Source of the DNA: Octopus sinensis
Lineage: Eukaryota
Length of the DNA stretch: 64,000 nt
Assembly (NCBI RefSeq): GCF_006345805.1
Contig: NC_043013.1
Location: 50,096,001-50,160,000 of the forward strand
Reading direction: 5' to 3'
Below, in pieces: positions 1-11,872 of the stretch; position 1 is the stretch's first letter; the number at the start of each line of letters is the position of its first letter. The notes beneath the pieces were generated by a model. It was not told the origin of the DNA. It saw only the letters and a program-made list of their open reading frames with translations, and ran no database searches. The position numbers and the translations under genes are program-made.

Positions 1-1958
1 GTTGGTTCATCTGGGACACCTGACAAAAAGAGATCCAGTTTTATTTTAAAGACATCTGCATCCACCCCATGCAGGTCTCTCAGCTTCTTCGGGAAGATAT
101 TGAAGAGCTGTGGGCCTCGGAAGCTCAGGCTATCACAGTATCTTGTCCTACATCTTGATGGCAAATTTGGAGTCCTTGGCACTATGCAGTGGCTCCCAGT
201 TCTGGCATTTGTGTAACTCTCGATGCCAAAGTTTGGGACAAGTCCTTCTAGGATCTTCCAGATGTATATATTATGGCATATCTTTCTCGCCTATGCTGTA
301 AGGAATAGAGTCTCAATCTCTTGAGTCTTTCCCAATAGCTCATATGCTGAGCTTTGTTGGATCGCCTCAAGTTCTGTGATTAACTTCACACTGGATGGTG
401 ACCATAGCTGAGAGCAATAATCAAAGTGGCTCAGGACAAGTGTCCTCCAGAGGACCATCATGGTTTCCTGGTCTCTTGTTCTAAAGGTTCTAAGAATCCA
501 TCCGGTCAGCTGCCTACATTTCATTGCCAATTTAGCAACATGCACATGAAAGGTCGCGTCATCACTCATGTAAATACCCAGGTCTCACACTGATTGTGCC
601 TCTAGGATTGCAATCCCTCCAGGTCCAGTGTATTTATTGGGTATTGCATTTAGTTTTGCATGCTGATAGTATACAGCTTGAAACTTTTCAGCATTGAACT
701 GTATGCTATTCTTTTCAGCTACACGAAGAAGATATTTTGTCCAGCTCACATTGCAGGTGCTTAGTGTCTTCAGGGTTCTGTATGGCCTGTGAAACTTTTG
801 TATCATCTGCATAACTTGTGATCGTGGCTGAGGGCATGTCTGAGACGGCCATTATGAACAGTAGTGGTCCTAAAACGGTGCCTTGCGGAACACCACTCAC
901 TATTTGCGTGTTAATGGAAGTTGGCTATTACCACCTGACTTCTATCCTTCAGAAAGTCATGAAGCCATTCTCCCAATTTTCCAACTATGCCAAGATCACG
1001 CAGTTTGTGACATATCATTCCATGATCGACTTTATCAAAGGCCTTTGCAAAGTCGAGATATATGATTTCCACATTTGAGTGGTTGAGCAGTCGTTTCAGC
1101 ACCCAGTCATAGTGTTGTAGGAGCTGAGTTAAGCAGCTTCTTCCTGGTTGGTGGAAACCATGTTGGGTGTCAGGCAGCAAGTCATTTTCTTCAAGGAATG
1201 TGATTAGTTTCCTTCTGACTATTCGTTCCATGACCTTGCTGATGTGTGAGGTCAGAGAGATAGGTCTGTAGTTCTTGGCCTCCGCTCTGCTACCTCCTTT
1301 ATGAATAGGGCATATTTTACCTTCAGTTTTCTTGGAAGTTTGCCAGTTGCAAGGAAGCTCTGAAAGAGGAACTGCAGTGGTCTTGCTAGGACTCTCTTAT
1401 ATACTTTTAGAAGGATTGCTGGGAATCCATTGGGGCCAGTAGCTGAGTTTGTTTTCATTTCATCTATAGCCTTTATTACATTGTCTTCCTTTATATTGAT
1501 GTAATCAATCATCGCTGCCTCTGATTTTATATCTGCAGTGGTAAAGAAGTCAGTTGGATTGCTGACTTGAAAATGCTCTAGGGGTGGAGTGAAAATACTC
1601 TTGAATTGCTCATTTAGTATTTCACTTATCCTCATTGGATTTCCTGTGAGTGTACCATCCTTTTCAAGGAGTGGCCCTATCCTACAGTGCACCTTAGCTG
1701 TTTCTTTGGCATACCTGTAGAAAGCTCTGGGGTTAGATTTTATGTTGTCTATAGCCCAGGCTTCTTTGTCTGCTCTTTCTTTTTCATGGGAGAGTTTTCA
1801 ATTTCTAACAGTTTTATTTTCAGGCGGGACTTTTCACTGCTTTCAATGTGTTTGTTTAGGCGATTTGAAATTTTTGTATGCCGTCTCATTAGAATTTTCC
1901 TCTCTCTGGGGATATTGTTCTTGTGTACAGTGGCCTTTCTCTCTGGGACACATTTGTA
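1..1958 (-). mobile_element. Degenerate CR1-type LINE, RT and C-terminal region, several frameshifts
   Basis: Consecutive minus-strand ORF pieces carry RT motifs QHGF, IYLDFAKAFDKVDHG, SGVPQGTVLGPLLFI, SYADDTKV and DYCSQLWSP; the element runs off the window edge. Confidence 0.85.
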
Positions 1959-2145
1959 GCATATATATATATATATATATATATATGTAAAAATAAAAAT
2001 AAATATATATATATATATAAATTTATAAATATAAATTAATAATTTTTAATTCTTAACTTTAAATTTAAATTTTATATTTTATATATATATGCATATATGT
2101 ATATGTATGTATATATATATATATATGTATATAACATAACGATGT

Positions 2146-2185
2146 AAGAAATTTGAAAAGCTGACCGCGAAACCGGTCATTTCTT
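2146..2185 (+). ncRNA. Minimal type-I hammerhead-like motif, copy 1 (U3:A8 variant)
   Basis: AAGAAAT / TTGAAAA / GC-TGACC-GC / GAA / ACCGGT palindrome / C / ATTTCTT: 7-bp stem I, variant core, GUC cleavage triplet. Confidence 0.5.
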
Positions 2186-2316
2186 CAAAAACTATGTCAC
2201 TGTATGAAAAAAATTTATAACATTCTTCTGACATAATCACTCAAATATATATTTTTTAACCTTTTAAAACAAGCCTTCTGTAGTTTTTTCACTTTTTACT
2301 ATTTTCTATATATATG

Positions 2317-2366
<50 letters not shown>

Positions 2367-2532
2367 ATGTAAAAATAAAAATAAATATATATATATATAT
2401 ATATAAATTTATAAATATAAATTAACAATTTTTAATTCTTAACTTTAAATTTAAATTTTGAATTTTATATTTTATATATATATGCATATATGTATATATA
2501 TATATATATATATGTATATAACATAACGATGT

Positions 2533-2572
2533 AAGAAATTTGAAAAGCTGACCGTGAAACCGGTCATTTCTT
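2533..2572 (+). ncRNA. Minimal type-I hammerhead-like motif, copy 2
   Basis: Same layout as 2146-2185; stem II is GC/GT (G-U wobble). Confidence 0.45.
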
Positions 2573-2717
2573 CAAAAACTATGTCACTGTATGAAAAAAA
2601 TTTATAACATTCTTCTGACATAATCACTCAAATATATATTTTTTAACCTTTTAAAACAAGCCTTCTGTAGTTTTTTCACTTTTTACTATTTTCTATATAT
2701 ATGTATATATATATATG

Positions 2718-2753
<36 letters not shown>

Positions 2754-2897
2754 AGAACCAAGAGAAAATGGAGAGTAAATTCATGTCTGAATTAGCAAAA
2801 GGGATTAATAAATCCAGGTATATATCTATAAAGCATTCAGAGTTAAATGAATTTGGCTAAATATATCCAATAATCAGATACCAATAAATGCAAATAG

Positions 2898-3310
2898 GGA
2901 TCTTTTCGGATTGAACGGCAGTTTTTAACATAATTTCTAGGTAACTAAAAAATTTTAAACTTTGTATACTGGTAGAATGTGTTTATAAAACATCTTTTTC
3001 TCTTGGCTTTATTGAGAAAATTCTATAGTTTGTAAGAGATTTGTTGTTTTTTTTTCTTCAATTTTTGCAATTTCAATGAATCACTGACGTCTATTGAGGT
3101 ACAAAACATTCTGTGCCGTATGAATATGTCCCTCGTTTAAGAAACAGATTGAGTTTATTTACATTTGTGAAGAAAATAAAGATACCCTTCTCCCCATCCC
3201 TAACCCTAAAACAGATTGAAATGCAATAGATTGATTCTAGGGTCATAATTATAGGTGACAATTTCATATGACACTGCTAGAAAAAACTGCCGTTCAAACC
3301 GAAAAGATCT
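2898..3310. mobile_element. MITE with ~28-bp TIRs and 8-9 bp TSD
   Basis: GATCTTTTCGGATTGAACGGCAGTTTTT ... AAAAACTGCCGTTCAAACCGAAAAGATC; (T)GCAAATAG on both flanks. Confidence 0.85.
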
Positions 3311-3419
3311 GCAAATAGAATTAACTTCCAAGGTAATTCTTCATGTATGATAAATAAATCCAAATATCACAAGAATAAGACTGGAGAAAATCACATCTTT
3401 AATTAGTGATTACACCATA

Positions 3420-3790
3420 CATTGCTGACGATCTTTTCTATCATGCCAGTATATTTAGAAAGAGAAAAAGGTATAAAATACCAGTGAAATTAATATATCT
3501 GAAAATGTATGCTGATACAACATTATTGAGGAAATCCAAAATTGGTTAAATTCAAAATGAACCAAGAAAATATCTCCAATAGACAAATGTATACAAAAAG
3601 AACATTAAGAAGAAACATATTCTCAGAAAAGCCAGTTTAATGCATTAAAGAAAATCATCAAAGAAAACAGATTTCTTCCCAAACAAATTTTTAACATAGA
3701 CGAAACAGGATTGTATTGGAAAAAATTGCCAGACTGTTCGTTTCCAAGGAGGAAATAACTCAGGTTACAAGGTCTCAAAAGAAACGCAGT
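3420..3790 (+). mobile_element. Tigger/pogo DDE transposase relic
   Basis: Translates to LKKIIKENRFLPKQIFNIDETGLYWKKLPD, the FNxDETGLxWK motif of Tigger/CENP-B-type transposases. Confidence 0.7.
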
Positions 3791-4863
3791 TTTGTTTTGT
3801 TCTTGGGAGAAGTATCACAGATGCCATCTTCTAAGTGAGACAGTTGCAAGAAAAGTATTTGGCCAAAAATAAACCATTATACTTAGCTTTTGCCAACCTG
3901 GAAAAAGCTTTTGACAGGGTTCCCCACTGGTGGTCACTAAGGAGGCTAGGAGCAGAGGAGTGGCTTGTTAGAGCTGTTCAAGCCATGTACAGTGATATTG
4001 GCAGTAAGGGGAGAGTTGGCCTTGAATACAGTGATTAATTTGGGGTACAAGCTGAAATTCACCAGGGATCAGGTCTTAGTTCACTTATTCATCATAGTTC
4101 TCCTGGCCATAACAGAGGAATTCAAAACTCGATGCCCATAGGAACTGCTATATGCTGATGACCTTCCTCTTATTGCAGAATCTGAAACAGAACTGGAGAA
4201 GTTCCTGGTTTGGAAGCAAATCCTGGAATCAAAGGACCTTAAAGTAAATGGTCCTGCTCAATATGTAGGAAAGAAGTAAGTCCATTTGCTGTACCCATGG
4301 ATGCAGTTGAATCGCAGGTAGGTTAACAGATAAGGTTGCTTTCATGTGTGGCAGATGTGCAGGAACAATAAATACTCAGAGCACACGGGACTTAGACTCT
4401 CTCAAATGCCTGGGAAGCTCTCTTGAGGTAGAAGATAGTTTTTGTTATTTAGGTGACCAAATTAGTAACGGTGTTGGATGCTCTGAAAGTATTGCTTCAG
4501 GAATAAGAATAGGATGGAGCAAGTTCAGAGAGCTACTACCACTGTTGGCAACAAGAGGACTCTCTCTCTCAGAGTGAAAACTAGATTTGTCTTGCAAGTT
4601 ATTTGGTGACTCTACTGGTGCTGGTGCCATGTAAAAAGCATCCAGTCCACACTGTAAAGTTGTTGACATCTGGAAGGGCATCCAGCTATGAAAACCTTGC
4701 CAAAACTGATCTTGCCTGAGCTAGTGCCACATAAGAAGTAGAGTCCACTTTGCAGAGGGGTTGGTGTTAGGAAGGGCACAGTAGTCTTCTACCTGGCCAG
4801 CTCCTGTCAACTGTCCTACCTGTGCATGCATGGAAAACGGATGTTAAATGATGATGATGATGA
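3790..4863 (+). mobile_element. Degenerate RTE LINE fragment with (GAT)n tail
   Basis: Homologous to the 16945-20630 element (RQLQEKYL, LEKAFDRVP, CGRCAG, CYLGDQ); tail at ~4850. Confidence 0.8.
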
Positions 4864-5175
4864 CACACGTGTGTACATCTAAAAACAACACACACACATC
4901 TATCCATCTACATACACACAAACACACACACACGTTTTATCATGACTTAGTTACAGAAAACATATAACAATTGAAACTTTTATTATCAACATTTATCTAC
5001 ATTATAACAAAGTAAATTAAAATAATGAGAAAATTAAAATAAATCCATTGGGTAGATGATTCTTATTATTTTGTATATTTTTTGTTTCTCTCTCATAAAA
5101 GTCAAGTGTACAAAATCAGCATTGGATACCACAGTCACAAAGAGAATTAAATCAACTCTCTCAATGCACATCTTT

Positions 5176-5229
5176 TTATTTCGCTGACTGAATTTGCGGG
5201 AGACCGAATTCATCCACTGGTACACTGTC
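5176..5229 (-). CDS. CHMP5: CHMP5 exon 7 (last coding exon): DSVPVDEFGLPQIQSAK*
   Basis: ttttgcAG acceptor, phase 0, 54 nt, TAA at 5176-5178; VDEFGLPQI is the conserved CHMP5 C-terminus. Confidence 0.95.
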   Translation of the reverse strand, partial: DSVPVDEFGLPQIQSAK

Positions 5230-6049
5230 CTGCAAAAGGAAACAAAGACAGTTAAATATCAGTAACTTTGGAATTTGTAGATCTTTCATCAAATATCATG
5301 TATATTCATACCATTATCAAAATGATAATTTTTTTCCCAAATGAAAATGTATGGTAAGATTAGATGGTTTTATTGACCACCACTTATGACTTCATGTAAT
5401 TTTTTAAAAGGAAACGAACCTGACAGAAATCTGACAAAACCCTTTCTTTACTATATTTCTAACCAAAATACCACCCTTATGAGTTTCAATTAAATTCTAA
5501 AATAATCATGAATTTAGACTAGTTTCATTAAACAACTGTAACTTTTTTTTACTAAACATGTAAATACTGGTTCAATTTCACAAATTAAATAAAGGTTCTT
5601 CATCAATTCTACTGCATAACTTTTGTCCCAAAGCAACTCTAATTACAGGTAAATATTTAAATTTTGTTTAAACATCACCACAGAAATGAGTTATCAGCTA
5701 ATATTCAATTGAGTATGCAACAAACTTTTAATATACAAGAATTGTGCACATCACTAGATTATCAGTTGAATTTAATGCACGTATGAATAGGTAAAGGTAA
5801 AATAAAATGAAATACTGGAATTTGTTTTTGAAGAAAACTTGAAAATTAAATACATCAACTAAATGAAATAAACTCACATACATGAATACACAAGAACCTA
5901 TATAATAAAGATTTATCATAGAAATTAAATCAAAACTTGTCACTCACCTCAAAGGTAAATCAAAATTACAGGTAAATAAAAAGTAAAAACGAAGTAAATT
6001 TGAAAAAAATACTTATACAATCTAATCATACATATATACAATATTCACA

Positions 6050-6560
6050 CAATATTTCCTATCATGGAAACTTGTAAAACATCCCGCTCTACATACTGCA
6101 ACCTTGCAGAATGCACATTGGAAAGAAGTTTCAACCGGCCGTCCACTGGGGGATTTTCTTTGTTGATGTAGACACTCACGGCATTGCCTTTTGCAACCCT
6201 CGATTTTTTCTAATTTATGGAGATCATCTGAACTCAGAGGGATTTCTCTCTGGTAGGTTTTGCTTCTCCTTCTTACAGTTATTTTTTTGGGAGGAATAAC
6301 CTGCCCTCAACTGCGTTGCTACATCTGAACTGCAGATGGTCGCACTACTTTCAAACCCCTCCTGATTTGGTATATAATATAAATGCATTTGCAATGCTCA
6401 TGTTAACTATATACCAAACCAGGTATCATCATCATCTATTACCTGGTCTACCAACCAGATAACTCATCATTTGGTTCAGCTGATCTACACCGGCCTTGTA
6501 CCTGTTATAACTGAGGTGCCATTTTCATCTACACATGGTTGTACACCAGTAGATAGAAAA
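6050..6560 (-). mobile_element. piggyBac transposase C-terminal relic with Cys-rich domain
   Basis: YNRYKAGVDQLNQMMSY, WYIVNMSIANAFILY and RQCREC...FQCAFCKVAVCRAGCFTSFH read across frameshifts. Confidence 0.8.
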
Positions 6561-6829
6561 TTATCTCTGCCTCTTATCTCTGTATGTGATTGCTAGCAGA
6601 TTTCCTTTCTGCTGTTGGATTATTTCACCTCTTCTTTTAAATTTTGCTTTTTTTAGCACACGTATATGTCACTGTTTCTAAACCTACTGCTAGTTTGAAC
6701 TAAAAAAAATTGTCAAAAAATATTATACGGCCCTGGTTATGGTATAGAAGTGATAAATTCCAGACTATATTGTACCCTAGGCCATGCTGACTAACATTAT
6801 TATCCCTTTTCTCAGAATAAAATCTAAAC

Positions 6830-7070
6830 CGAGCAGTACCCAGTATTTGTTTCGCTAATTTTACAAACTTTGATCCCTCACTTCGTGGGCTTTCCTGGCA
6901 TATATTGTTAGAAGCGTACCTTCCCTTTATACCCCAGCATGCCCTCATCAACGGATAAAGTAGCTATCGGGGTTGTAGAGTATTTTATATGGATTTTGAA
7001 CACAGCTGATGAAGGGTCTTATTTTAAATACGGGATCAAAGTTTGGTTCTCCACGTACTGGGGTACTGCT
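6830..7070. repeat. Imperfect inverted-repeat pair, MITE-like
   Basis: GCAGTACCCAGTA / TACTGGGGTACTGC and AAACTTTGATCCC / GGGATCAAAGTTT arms. Confidence 0.4.
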
Positions 7071-7364
7071 AGTGTCTCTCACATGTAAATACTGGTTCAA
7101 TTTCACAAATTGTGTCCTTGACATAAAATACTAGAAATGTACTGATTTCCAAAAGGTTCTTGATTGCTTCAGTAATTTGCAATTCTGGGTAGTCTTATAC
7201 CCATAATAATATTTATGGCAAAAAATGCCTGTATTTCTTCTACACTTGTGGGAAACCACAAGCCATCTTTTTTTTTTTTTTCCAGTTTGTTTACATTCTG
7301 TGTAATGGTTTGTTTCTACAGTGATGGCTTCAAACAAGCTTACTGGAAAAAATAAGAAAAAAAT

Positions 7365-8722
7365 GAGACAGAACACATCCCTGTTGGACACCCCTCTCAA
7401 TGCCAAACCACTCAGTGTCACCAATGGTCGTCCTGACAGATGACTGTTGATTTTGATATAGCCGTGCCAACAGTGCGACTAAGTGTTCAGGAAATCCCAT
7501 GTCTTTCATGACGTCCCACAGCTTGCTGTGTCCCACACAGTCGAAGGCCTTAGAGTAGTCGATGAAACATATGTAAAGTGGGATGTTACATTCCTTAAAC
7601 TTCTCAATCATCACCCTGATGTTGACTATCTGTTCCCTTGTTCCTCTTCCCTTGACGAAGCCGGCTTATTCCTCAGCGATGGCACTGCTATATTTCCACT
7701 GCAGTCGACCTACGATGATTCGCAGCAGGATCTTACTTGCACAGACAATAAGGCTGACGGTTCAGTGGTAAGAGCACTCGCATGGTTTGCCTTTCTTTGG
7801 TATTGGTACGAAGACTGCACGACACCAGTTGATCGGCCACTCCACGTCGTTCCAGATCTTGACACACAGTCTCCACAACAGTTCTATCCCAATACCATTA
7901 GAGCGGTGAAGGAGAACTACGATGGTGGGGTTCAGATTGCCAGAGAAAGGCTGTGCAATCTGAGATACACCGATGACACAACCCTCATAAGTAACAGCAA
8001 GGACGAATTGCTGCAGATGATACGCAAAGTGAGACATGAGTGCACAAAGATCTTGGTGGTGGATAAGTACAGGACAGACCAAGGTGACTTCACCATGGAT
8101 GGAGAGATGATTCAGGAAGTGGATGATTTTGTGTCCTTGGGATCCACAATCAGCACCAGTGGATCAAATACACCAGAAATACGGAGAAGGCTTGCGATAG
8201 CGAAGCAAGCGGTACAGGATATGGAGAACATCTGGAAGAGTCGTGGCGTGCTGATGCTGCTGAAGATAAGGCTACTTCGTGCTGCTGCTTTCTCTATTGC
8301 GACGTACGGCTGCGAGTTGTGGACAATGTTGAAGGCAGACAAGAAAAGAGTGAGCACTTTTGAAATGTGGTGTTACCGCAGAATCCTTAGTGTGTCATGG
8401 ATGGAGAGAAGGACGAACAATTGGGTACTAGCAAAGCTTGGTTGCAAGATGACGCTTCGGCAAAACATCATGAAGCGGAAGCTACGGTTCTTTGGCCACG
8501 TCATGTGTTGGGATGGACTTGAGTGAACGATCATAACAGGCAAAGTAAACGGTAGACGTAAAAGAGGCAGACCTCCCACTTCTTGGCTGAAAGACATCGC
8601 AGCCACAGGATTGTCTTTCTTCTCAGCTGACCATGGGGTAGAGGACAGGAGAAGGTGGCAAGACATTGTGATGACCACAGCATCGCATAGTGTGACACCT
8701 GACTAGGATGATGATGATGATG
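7365..8722 (+). mobile_element. RTE-type LINE with inverted 5' segment
   Basis: 7365-~7895 codes RT motifs on minus (FIDYSKAFDCV, GVQQGCVLS); ~7897-8526 continues on plus (LRYTDDTTL, ATYGCELW); (GAT)n tail at ~8708-8722. Confidence 0.85.
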
Positions 8723-9219
8723 AGCAGAAGCAAGCTACTGCCATCTCTACCAAACTCGTGTTGGATTTTTTGGCTGCTGCGTTTGTGAGTTCAAATTGTT
8801 ATACATCTGATGTTTTATTGTTGTTCTGTGTTATTGTCGAAGATTGAACTGTTGTTGGTCTGTTGACTGTAATTTTCGCCCTGCGGGGCAGAAAACTTGG
8901 AATATTGTTAATGAACTGTGATTTGAACTTTGATTTTGTCAAACATTTTTTGGAAAAAAAAAAAAAAATTGTGTCTAATTTTATTCCTTTTGAAGGAATT
9001 TGTGTTTGATAATAACTATTCATTATGGATTATGATTTGATGTCAAGTGTGGATTTCCCAAAGATGGAAAAGTTAAATGAAAATAGAAACGATATTGTAA
9101 AACAAGTGCAAAAGGAGAGACCAAGTTTTTCTGTTGCGGTCGGCAGCAACATGGTGACATTAGACATAACAATGACCAAGCTGTTTAAATACGGAAATCT
9201 GGTAAAGAAAACAGGAATG

Positions 9220-9572
9220 ACATAAAGTTGCTCCCTCCCCAAGAGATACTGCAAAACATAGTTATATCATATGCTGAAGAGCATGGTAATAGGGCTGCTG
9301 GAAGAAAATTTGATGTTGACGAAAGCAATGTAAGGCTATGGAGAAGAAATAAAGATGAAATTAAACAGATGCCAAAGAGAAAGAAGGCAATAATAAAGGA
9401 CGTTACCGTATACATTTTTACACACCAAGGACGTTATATAGACCTCCTTGACTCAAGTTAGTGAAGGGGTGCGTATTATACACAAGGTTTAGGTTTTTCA
9501 GAGGTACAGCCCCCATAAAAATCCCCTACATATTATACTCAAGAGCGGACTATACTCGAGGATTTACAGTAA
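9220..9572 (+). mobile_element. pogo-type relic (Brinker-like DNA-binding domain plus terminus)
   Basis: VISYAEEHGNRAAGRKFDVDESNVRLWRRNK; the end GACTATACTCGAGGATTTACAGTA resembles a Tigger-type TIR. Confidence 0.65.
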
Positions 9573-9636
9573 GTAAAATGGAAAATATTCTAATCATAAA
9601 ATGAAATATGAAGAGAAGATTAAATGTTTTATTTAC

Positions 9637-9858
9637 CTTTGTACTATCAATACCCGGCTCACTTGTTGGGACACTAGGAGTAGTAACTGCATCATCTAAG
9701 TAAGAGGTATCTTCATCTAATTGAATTTCATCTCCAAGGGCATCAAGCTCAGCTTCTAATTCTGAATCATCAATCTCAGGCATGCCATAACTTCGGCCCA
9801 TAATTTCTTGGATTTCACCTGCTTCTTCAGTCAAGTCTTCAAGTTGGTCTTGTAGATC
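9637..9858 (-). CDS. CHMP5: CHMP5 exon 6 (222 nt): DLQDQLEDL...PGIDSTK
   Basis: atcAG acceptor, GTaaat donor, phase 0-0; [12 protein letters not shown] Snf7-family motif. Confidence 0.95.
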
Positions 9859-10085
9859 CTGATAATAGAAAATATTCATTTCAAATTGGGGGGGAAGGAA
9901 TAAGTCAATTACATCAACTCCTAGTGTTCAACTGGTACTTATATTATTGACCCTGAAAGGATGAAAAGTAAAGTTGACCTCAGCAGAATTTGAATTCAAA
10001 CATAAAGATGGATGAAATGCTGTTAAGTATTTTGCCCCATGTGTTAACAATTCTGCCAGGTCACTGCCTGAAAGTAGAAAATACC

Positions 10086-10285
10086 TATTTCTTTACTACC
10101 CACAAGGGGCTAAACACAGAGGAGACAAACAAGGACAGACAAACGGATTAAGTGGATGACATCGACCCCAGTGCGTAACTGGTACTTATTTACTCGACCT
10201 CGGTGGAATTTGAACTCAGAACGTAGCGGCAGACGAAATACGGCTACGCATTTCGCCCGGTGTGCTACCGTTTCTGCCAGCTTGC
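10086..10285 (-). mobile_element. tRNA-type SINE, family B
   Basis: Matches copies at 47225, 50785, 51755 and 57851; B-box-like GAGTTCAAATTCC. Confidence 0.8.
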
Positions 10286-10479
10286 AGAAGTAGAAAATAT
10301 CATCATCATCATTATCATCATGAAGGTTATACCAAAAGTAATGCAAAAGTGGGCACAAATTTTTCCTAAACTGATATAGGTTGTTCAAATTGCTCATGTT
10401 GATAAGAGTAGCTAACTCTTCGATATAATCTCTATCACAAGTGATGCATTTGAACCTAATGATTAACTTAGCAAAGACT

Positions 10480-11450
10480 AAGGTCCAAAGATATGTACGG
10501 TCATGCAGTGTCACAGTGAATGTGGGTCATTTTCAGATTCTTGTTTGAACTCTTCCTCTTAACGGCATCTCTAACCTTTTCGAGTGTCTGGATGTACTGC
10601 TTATTATTCACAGTATGTCCACATTCAAGAAATTTCAGAAGAATGACACTCTCGTCATCCCAAAATGTTGCTGCCATGTCTTTCTGTGCTCATTGCTGGT
10701 TCTTGAATGTCTTAGGCCTTGGAAGTGTGATGCCATTCCATGAGAGCTCAAAATCTCTCGTGGAAGTGCCATCCAACTAAAAAGCAAATATATGAGAAAC
10801 TACCACCTGTGTCATCTCTTGTGAAAGGTAGGAGAGTCCAGTTTGCTGGACATTGTTGTAGAGCTGAAAACGTGGTAATTTCTACTCTTCTCCTCTGGAA
10901 GCCATCTACTCACGATACCAGAGGGCGCACACTCTCCTACTCTGATGTAATCTCCAGGGATACAGGCATCCAGCAACAGGACCTCCGTAATGCCATGATG
11001 GACCGTGAAGTCTGGCATAACATGGTAAATTCCATTGTCTCGACCATGGTCGAACAATGATGATGATTCCATGAACTGGACCATAATTTCTGGATCATAA
11101 TGATATGCTGACATTTCATCTCATCACCAGATCGGGTAAAAAAAACCCTTAGATGAGAGTATACTTCTAAATTGGGTGTCAAGTGCCAAGATATCCACAT
11201 TTTACACATCTTCTGATACTCAAAGTTTTCCACCAACTTCCGTGATGCATTGTGACCACTGGAGTTGAGCAACAAGCTCCTGGATCAAGAACTACATGAC
11301 AGCATGTCGGTTCTGCATGGAATCCATTATTTGCCTGCAATGAAGAACATACAAGAATATGTAATGGATGACAGCATTACCGTAGTGGAAATGAAAACTA
11401 TCCTACTGTGACTGAATGAGCTGTTGCGGCAATGTTGACTTACATACCAA
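10480..11450 (-). mobile_element. mariner-type transposase relic interrupted by a LINE 3' fragment
   Basis: GDEMSAYHYDPE (cf. GDETWxxxYDPE), ATFWDDESVILLKFLECGHTVN, HIHCDTA; split at 10746-11065. Confidence 0.7.
10746..11065 (+). mobile_element. RTE-like LINE 3' fragment with (TGA)n tail
   Basis: VQFAGHCCR...DREVW C-terminus; ATTCCATGA on both flanks; near-identical copy at 26400-26672. Confidence 0.8.
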
Positions 11451-11872
11451 AGCCAAAAGAAGTTGCTCTGTCCATAATGTAAGCTCAGCTTAAAAATTTT
11501 ACTCTGGAATTAGAGGAAGCTGATTCTAACAATCAAGAAACTAATTAAGAAGTTTGACATGTAATGTTATCAACATAGTTCTTTCCTAAGGCTCTCCAAA
11601 TGTATGAAACCCCATTAACAAAAGTGGAGAGAATGAAAAATTATATATAATTGATGGGGAAGGTTAAAGCAATAAAACCCTGCTATCACTCAATACCACA
11701 GGACTCAGTGGATTCTATTTTTCATGCATCCCAATAAATAGTGCTGACAGGAAGGAAATGATATAAACCACACAGAGATGAAAGCAATGATATAGGTGCA
11801 GTGCAGAATATGCAGGCCGGATAGCAAATGGATGTCTCACTAGATTAACAAAAGTAGAGATATTGCGACCAA

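Larger units (their letters stand above)
1961..2750 (+). repeat. Tandem duplication of a ~385-bp AT-rich unit bounded by (TA)n tracts
   Basis: Two near-identical units (starts ~1987 and ~2369); internal motif period 387 nt (2146 vs 2533). Confidence 0.9.

Noticed and set aside
7000-7050. CTGATGA hammerhead core heptamer
   Set aside because: No matching stem II closure or GAAA downstream.
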